Part shown: piece by piece, positions 59,264-64,000 of the stretch
Position numbering within the stretch: the stretch's first letter is position 1
How the letters are laid out: each line of letters begins with the position of its first letter
Assembly: GCA_002269645.1 (NCBI GenBank)
Contig: NIVC01001057.1
Location: 190,594 to 254,593 of the forward strand
Source of the DNA: Macrostomum lignano
Taxonomy: Eukaryota
Length of the DNA: 64,000 nucleotides
Reading direction: 5' to 3'
Position numbers and translations under genes: made by a program
The notes under the pieces: generated by a model
Databases searched by the model: none
Told to the model about the DNA's origin: nothing
The model's input: only the letters and a program-made list of their open reading frames with translations

Positions 59264-59440
59264 ATGAAGGTCCGGCTCCGGGAGCGCTGGCAGGTGCTGA
59301 CTGCCCTGGCGCTGGTGTTCATCGGGCTGTGCCTGCTGCTGCTGGCCACCGGCTTCACTCCGCTGTACCTGATCAGGCGGAAGCGGGAGCCCGTGCTCAG
59401 CCCGCTGGGCCTCCTGCAGAGAGTGGTGCACTCTCAGTGA
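59264..59440 (+). CDS. 58-aa microprotein (signal anchor or peptide precursor), below the ORF-track cutoff
   Basis: MKVRLRERWQVLTALALVFIGLCLLLLATGFTPLYLIRRKREPVLSPLGLLQRVVHSQ*. Strong CTG/GTG/C-ending codon bias, in-frame TAA at 59255 upstream and acceptor TCTTTCAG at ~59233. Confidence 0.6.
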   Translation: MKVRLRERWQVLTALALVFIGLCLLLLATGFTPLYLIRRKREPVLSPLGLLQRVVHSQ

Positions 59441-60138
59441 GCGGCTCAGCCAGTCCCCAAACTGCTACTGTCCCCCCCCTCTAGCTGGCGGATCGCCTCG
59501 TCATATGTTTATTTCTAGTTTCCTTTGTTTTACTCTTTTTTTTAACGTTTTTGATTTTCTTAATCACAAAAAGCAGTATTTTTGATGATGAATGATTAAG
59601 GATTTTGAGCACTTGTTTAAATGAGCATCCTAGTGGATGTTTCTCAATTGTGTCAAATAAATCAGAGTTGCAATTCACCCTGCTATGGTGCTTGAGTAGC
59701 TCTGCTCTGTGCCTGCAATATTAATAGAGGTGATGCAGTGCAATATGCCTCAGTATTTGTCAGAGCAATAAAGTTTTATTATTTAACATCCATGCCGAAC
59801 AATAGATTTCATTTGTTTTGATTTCATGGTTGCGTTTTTACTGCGTCTCCACTAGATTAATCTGGTCAATTTGAAAATTGTTATTAATGAAAAGCCAGTC
59901 AAGTTCTCGTCTATTTTGCGGTGCTAAAATTGCTGCAGTCCTGTTCTCACCTGTTCTCCCGCCTCCATCAGCTCAGCAGCCGATTAATAACTGTCAGTAT
60001 TGCGCCTGCTCATTCTAAACTAACTCAAAGCCTGCTGGTTGACTTTTATTAATTGGCCCCATTGAAATTCTGCTGCTTCCATCTGAATTGGTCACCGTGG
60101 CCTGCTCTGGCAGAGGCGGGAGCTGCGAAAGTCAATTT

Positions 60139-60244
60139 AGATAACAAAGGTTTAGCTGGTTAGCTCGCGGGGGCAGCTGCGGAAATCAATGCAGATAACA
60201 AAGGTTTAGCTGGTTAGCTCGCGGGGGCAGCTGCGGAAATCAAT
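60139..60244. repeat. Two identical 52-bp direct repeats (period 54)
   Basis: AGATAACAAAGGTTTAGCTGGTTAGCTCGCGGGGGCAGCTGCGGAAATCAAT at 60139 and 60193. Confidence 0.93.
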
Positions 60245-60842
60245 CGGGCCCTCAGCTGGGCTTGAATCGCATGACAAGCGCGAGCTCTTAGTCTTATTGT
60301 GCGGTCGTGCAAGAAATGGAACTCTGGTACGACTCTTCCCCAGAGCAGCTCAGCCTCCATCTGCTTGAGCAGTCTGCGGCTCGCGTTGCCGCTCTTTGCC
60401 CACCTGCTTGCTACAATAAGAGTTCTGAATCTCAGATTTGTCTTTTTACTCTTTTTTGTTATTTGTTTTTATTCGCTTTGTCGGAGACTTCTCGATCCTG
60501 TTTCCTCCACTGCCTCAGCTTCCTTCATCGCATCGGCTTCCAGTTCAACGTTTTGTTTTGCCGACACTGACAGAAAGACTTTCTCTTCTCTGTTATTACA
60601 GTTTTCTTTTTTAATTGCTTTTTTGGTCATTTGTTCTCTCACCGGGTGAGGCAATTTTGAGTAAAACTTTGCTGCTAAGATTTCTTTGTAAAAGAATTCT
60701 CCTGCGTCTTATTTTGTCTTCCTGCGATTCCCAACGTCTCGGGGATAAAATATTGGGACACTAATTATTATCTTCGATTTTATTCTGCTCGGGAACTTGG
60801 CTTTGAGTCTTGTTTCATTTCATTTGAGTAGCCAGCCTCCTA

Positions 60843-62260
60843 CTACTGTCAGCAGAGCACTGATCAGATTAGTATCATGCTACTGTCAGTAGGGCATTGA
60901 TCAGATTAGTATCATGCTACTGTCAGCAGAGCACTGATCAGATTAGTATCATGCTACTGTCAGCAGAGCACTGATCAGATTAGTATCATGCTACTGTCAG
61001 CAGAGCACTGATCAGATTAGTATCATGCTACTGTCAGCAGAGCACTGATCAGATTAGTATCATGCTACTGTCAGCAGAGCACTGATCAGATTAGTATCAT
61101 GCTACTGTCAGTAGGGCATTGATCAGATTAGTACCATGCTACTGTCAGTAGGGCATTGATCAGATTAGTACCATGCTACTGTCAGCAGAGCACTGATCAG
61201 ATTAGTATCATGCTACTGTCAGTAGGGCATTGATCAGATTAGTACCATGCTACTGTCAGTAGGGCATTGATCAGATTAGTACCATGCTACTGTCAGTAGG
61301 GCATTGATCAGATTAGTACCATGCTACTGTCAGTAGGGCATTGATCAGATTAGTACCATGCTACTGTCAGCAGAGCACTGATCAGATTAGTATCATGCTA
61401 CTGTCAGTAGGGCATTGATCAGATTAGTATCATGCTACTGTCAGTAGGGCATTGATCAGATTAGTATCATGCTACTGTCAGTAGGGCATTGATCAGATTA
61501 GTACCATGCTACTGTCAGTAGGGCATTGATCAGATTAGTACCATGCTACTGTCAGCAGAGCACTGATCAGATTAGTATCATGCTACTGTCAGCAGAGCAC
61601 TGATCAGATTAGTATCATGCTACTGTCAGCAGAGCACTGATCAGATTAGTATCATGCTACTGTCAGTAGGGCATTGATCAGATTAGTACCATGCTACTGT
61701 CAGTAGGGCATTGATCAGATTAGTACCATGCTACTGTCAGCAGAGCACTGATCAGATTAGTATCATGCTACTGTCAGCAGAGCACTGATCAGATTAGTAT
61801 CATGCTACTGTCAGTAGGGCATTGATCAGATTAGTACCATGCTACTGTCAGTAGGGCATTGATCAGATTAGTACCATGCTACTGTCAGCAGAGCACTGAT
61901 CAGATTAGTATCATGCTACTGTCAGCAGAGCACTGATCAGATTAGTATCATGCTACTGTCAGCAGAGCACTGATCAGATTAGTATCATGCTACTGTCAGT
62001 AGGGCATGATCAGATTAGTACCATGCTACTGTCAGTAGGGCATTGATCAGATTAGTACCATGCTACTGTCAGCAGAGCACTGATCAGATTAGTATCATGC
62101 TACTGTTAGTAGGGCATTGATCAGATTAGTATCATGCTACTGTCAGTAGGGCATTGATCAGATTAGTACCATGCTACTGTCAGTAGGGCATTGATCAGAT
62201 TAGTACCATGCTACTGTCAGTAGGGCATTGATCAGATTAGTATCATGCTACTGTCAGTAG
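60843..62260. repeat. 37-bp tandem array upstream of UBE2N (probably in a 5' intron)
   Basis: Unit CACTGATCAGATTAGTATCATGCTACTGTCAGCAGAG with a CATTG..TAGGG variant. Donor GG|GTGAGG at 60646 and AG at ~62270. Confidence 0.97.
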
Positions 62261-62302
62261 AGCAGCATAGCCCGGCCGCACACCGCAGAGCCAGGCTCTT
62301 CA

Positions 62303-62854
62303 ATGGCCGGCCTGCCGCGTCGCATCATCAAGGAGACGCAGCGTCTGATGGCGGAGCCGGTGGAGGGCATCGAGGCCACGCCGAACGAAGCGAACGCGCG
62401 CTACTTCCAGGTGACGGTGCACGGGCCGAACGACAGCCCGTACGAGGGCGGCGTGTTCCGTCTGGAGCTGTTCCTGCCCGAGGAGTACCCGATGAACGCG
62501 CCCAAGGTGCGGTTCATGACGAAGATTTACCACCCCAACATAGACCGGCTGGGCCGCATCTGCCTGGACATCCTGAAGGACAAGTGGAGCCCGGCGCTGC
62601 AGATCCGCACCGTGCTGCTGTCCATCCAGGCGCTGCTCAGCGCGCCGAATCCCGACGATCCGCTGGAGAACGACATTGCCGAGCTGTGGAAGAACAACGA
62701 GCCGGAGGCCATTCGCAACGCGCGCGAGTGGACGCGCAACTACGCGAAGCCACGTGACGGCCGGCCCTTCAGCCTGACTTTGCTTTCTTTGTCTACTCGC
62801 GTACCCGCAACTATCATCGGCATTCGTAATACCCAACATGCTCCTGAGCACTGA
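62303..62854 (+). CDS. UBE2N: Ubiquitin-conjugating enzyme E2 N (Ubc13), uninterrupted CDS, apparent C-terminal extension
   Basis: [69 protein letters not shown]; HPN motif and catalytic Cys87. Homology ends at about residue 150; an out-of-frame TGA lies at 62755-62757. Confidence 0.96.
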   Translation: MAGLPRRIIKETQRLMAEPVEGIEATPNEANARYFQVTVHGPNDSPYEGGVFRLELFLPEEYPMNAPKVRFMTKIYHPNIDRLGRICLDILKDKWSPALQIRTVLLSIQALLSAPNPDDPLENDIAELWKNNEPEAIRNAREWTRNYAKPRDGRPFSLTLLSLSTRVPATIIGIRNTQHAPEH

Positions 62855-63179
62855 CTGACTGACGGTTCTTTCCGGCCTTCTGCCCGGTCTGGTCCCCGAC
62901 TCACCGGCCCCGCCCCCTCCTCACCGCCTGCTTCTGTGGGCCTCTGCAGTGGCTGCCAGGTAGCTCTGATATCCAGTGCGACTGCGGCGGAGGCTTCACC
63001 CTCCAATCCACCGGTTCCTTGTCTGTAACACAGTCTTATGTCAAATGTCTATCTAAACTAATTATAATAAAGTAATATTTGCTGCAAATGCGAAATTCTG
63101 TTCACAGATGCCGCCTGTCTGGCAGTTTTGTTTCCCGACTTGCTTTTTTTCCTCTTGTTTCGATTTTGTTGTTTGCATT

Positions 63180-64000
63180 CGGCATTGGGAATGCATTAGG
63201 CATTGGGAATTCATTAGGCATTGGAATGCATTAGGCATTGGGAATGCATTAGGCATTGGAATGCATTCATTAGGCATTGGGAATGCATTAGGCATTGGGA
63301 ATGCATTAGGCATTGGAATGCATTAATTAGGCATTGGGAATGCATTAGGCATTGGGAATGCATTAATTAGGCATTGGGAATGCATTAGGCATTGGGAATG
63401 CATTAGGCATTGGAATGCATTAGGCATTGGAATGCATTAATTAGGCATTGGGAATGCATTAGGATAGAGAATGCATTGAGAATGGGGGATAGAGAATGCA
63501 TTGAGCATGGGGATAGAGAATGCATTGAGCATGGGGGAAGAGAATGCATGGAGCATGGGATAGAGAATGCATTGAGCATGGGGATAGAGAATGCATTGAG
63601 CATGGGGGTAGAGAATGCATTGAGCATGGGGTATAGAGAATGCATTGAGCATCGGGGATAGAGAATGCATTGAGCATGGGGATAGAGAATGCATTGAGGC
63701 ATGGGGGATAGAGAATGCATTGAGCATGGGGATAGAGAATGCATTGAGCATGGGATAGAGAATGCATTGAGCATGGGGATAGAGAATGCATTGAGGCATG
63801 GGGGATAGAGAATGCATTGAGCATGGGGATAGAGAATGCATTGAGCATGGATAGAGAATGCATTGAGCATGGGGATAGAGAATGCATTGAGCATGGGGAT
63901 AGAGAATGCATTGAGCATGGGGATAGAGAATGCATTGAGCATGGGGATAGAGAATGCATTGAGCATGGGGATAGAGAATGCATTGAGCATGGGGATAGAG
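63180..64000. repeat. 18-bp array grading into a related 24-bp array
   Basis: GCATTGGGAATGCATTAG to ~63460, then GGGGATAGAGAATGCATTGAGCAT to the window end; both share the GAATGCATT core. Confidence 0.95.

Noticed and set aside
60316-60654. 84-aa + strand ORF (60316-60570), 61-aa - strand ORF (60469-60654) and the CTCACCGGGTGAG palindrome giving donors on both strands
   Set aside because: The hydrophobic and charged stretches derive from T-rich low-complexity DNA. The region is more simply a 5' UTR exon of UBE2N; there is no supporting evidence without transcripts.
62905-63180. Possible minus-strand exons downstream of UBE2N (acceptor ~63026, donor ~62904)
   Set aside because: Splice-like signals exist, but no frame gives a recognisable protein; may be UBE2N 3' UTR.
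1-64000. Regularly spaced repeats as CRISPR arrays
   Set aside because: Units are head-to-tail with no unique spacers, there are no cas genes, and the context is eukaryotic.

Overview
Animal genomic DNA with GC3-rich exons, Gln/Ala/Pro tracts and a different minisatellite in almost every intron. This style is typical of the flatworm Macrostomum, but the species call is inference only. (1) Bases 1-28.6 kb are a near-perfect inverted duplication (arms ~1-9600 and 19070-28625, with a 28-N gap at the inner end of the left arm). Each arm carries a complete two-finger GATA1/2/3 gene. The spacer holds the 5' part of a Pax2/5/8 gene, which runs into the right arm and ends tail-to-tail with GATA; the left arm has only an indel-ridden copy of the last two Pax exons. 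(2) A two-exon clan-2 cytochrome P450 on the minus strand (34666-39755) lacks the catalytic I-helix Thr. (3) A very young, full-length Ty3/gypsy LTR retrotransposon (41915-52615, CTCC target-site duplication) is the main discovery. It carries a herpes-gB/chuvirus-like class III fusion glycoprotein between Gag and the protease, apparently within one membrane-spanning Gag-Env-PR-RT-RH-IN polyprotein. The polyprotein is broken by seven -1 shifts, mostly probable sequencing errors. A small myristoylation-motif RING-like ORF follows pol. (4) The rest contains a CpG-depleted AT-rich block, two small membrane or secreted microprotein ORFs, and UBE2N/Ubc13 with an uninterrupted CDS. No CRISPR, rRNA or tRNA genes were recognised. 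All homology calls are by eye; no searches were run.
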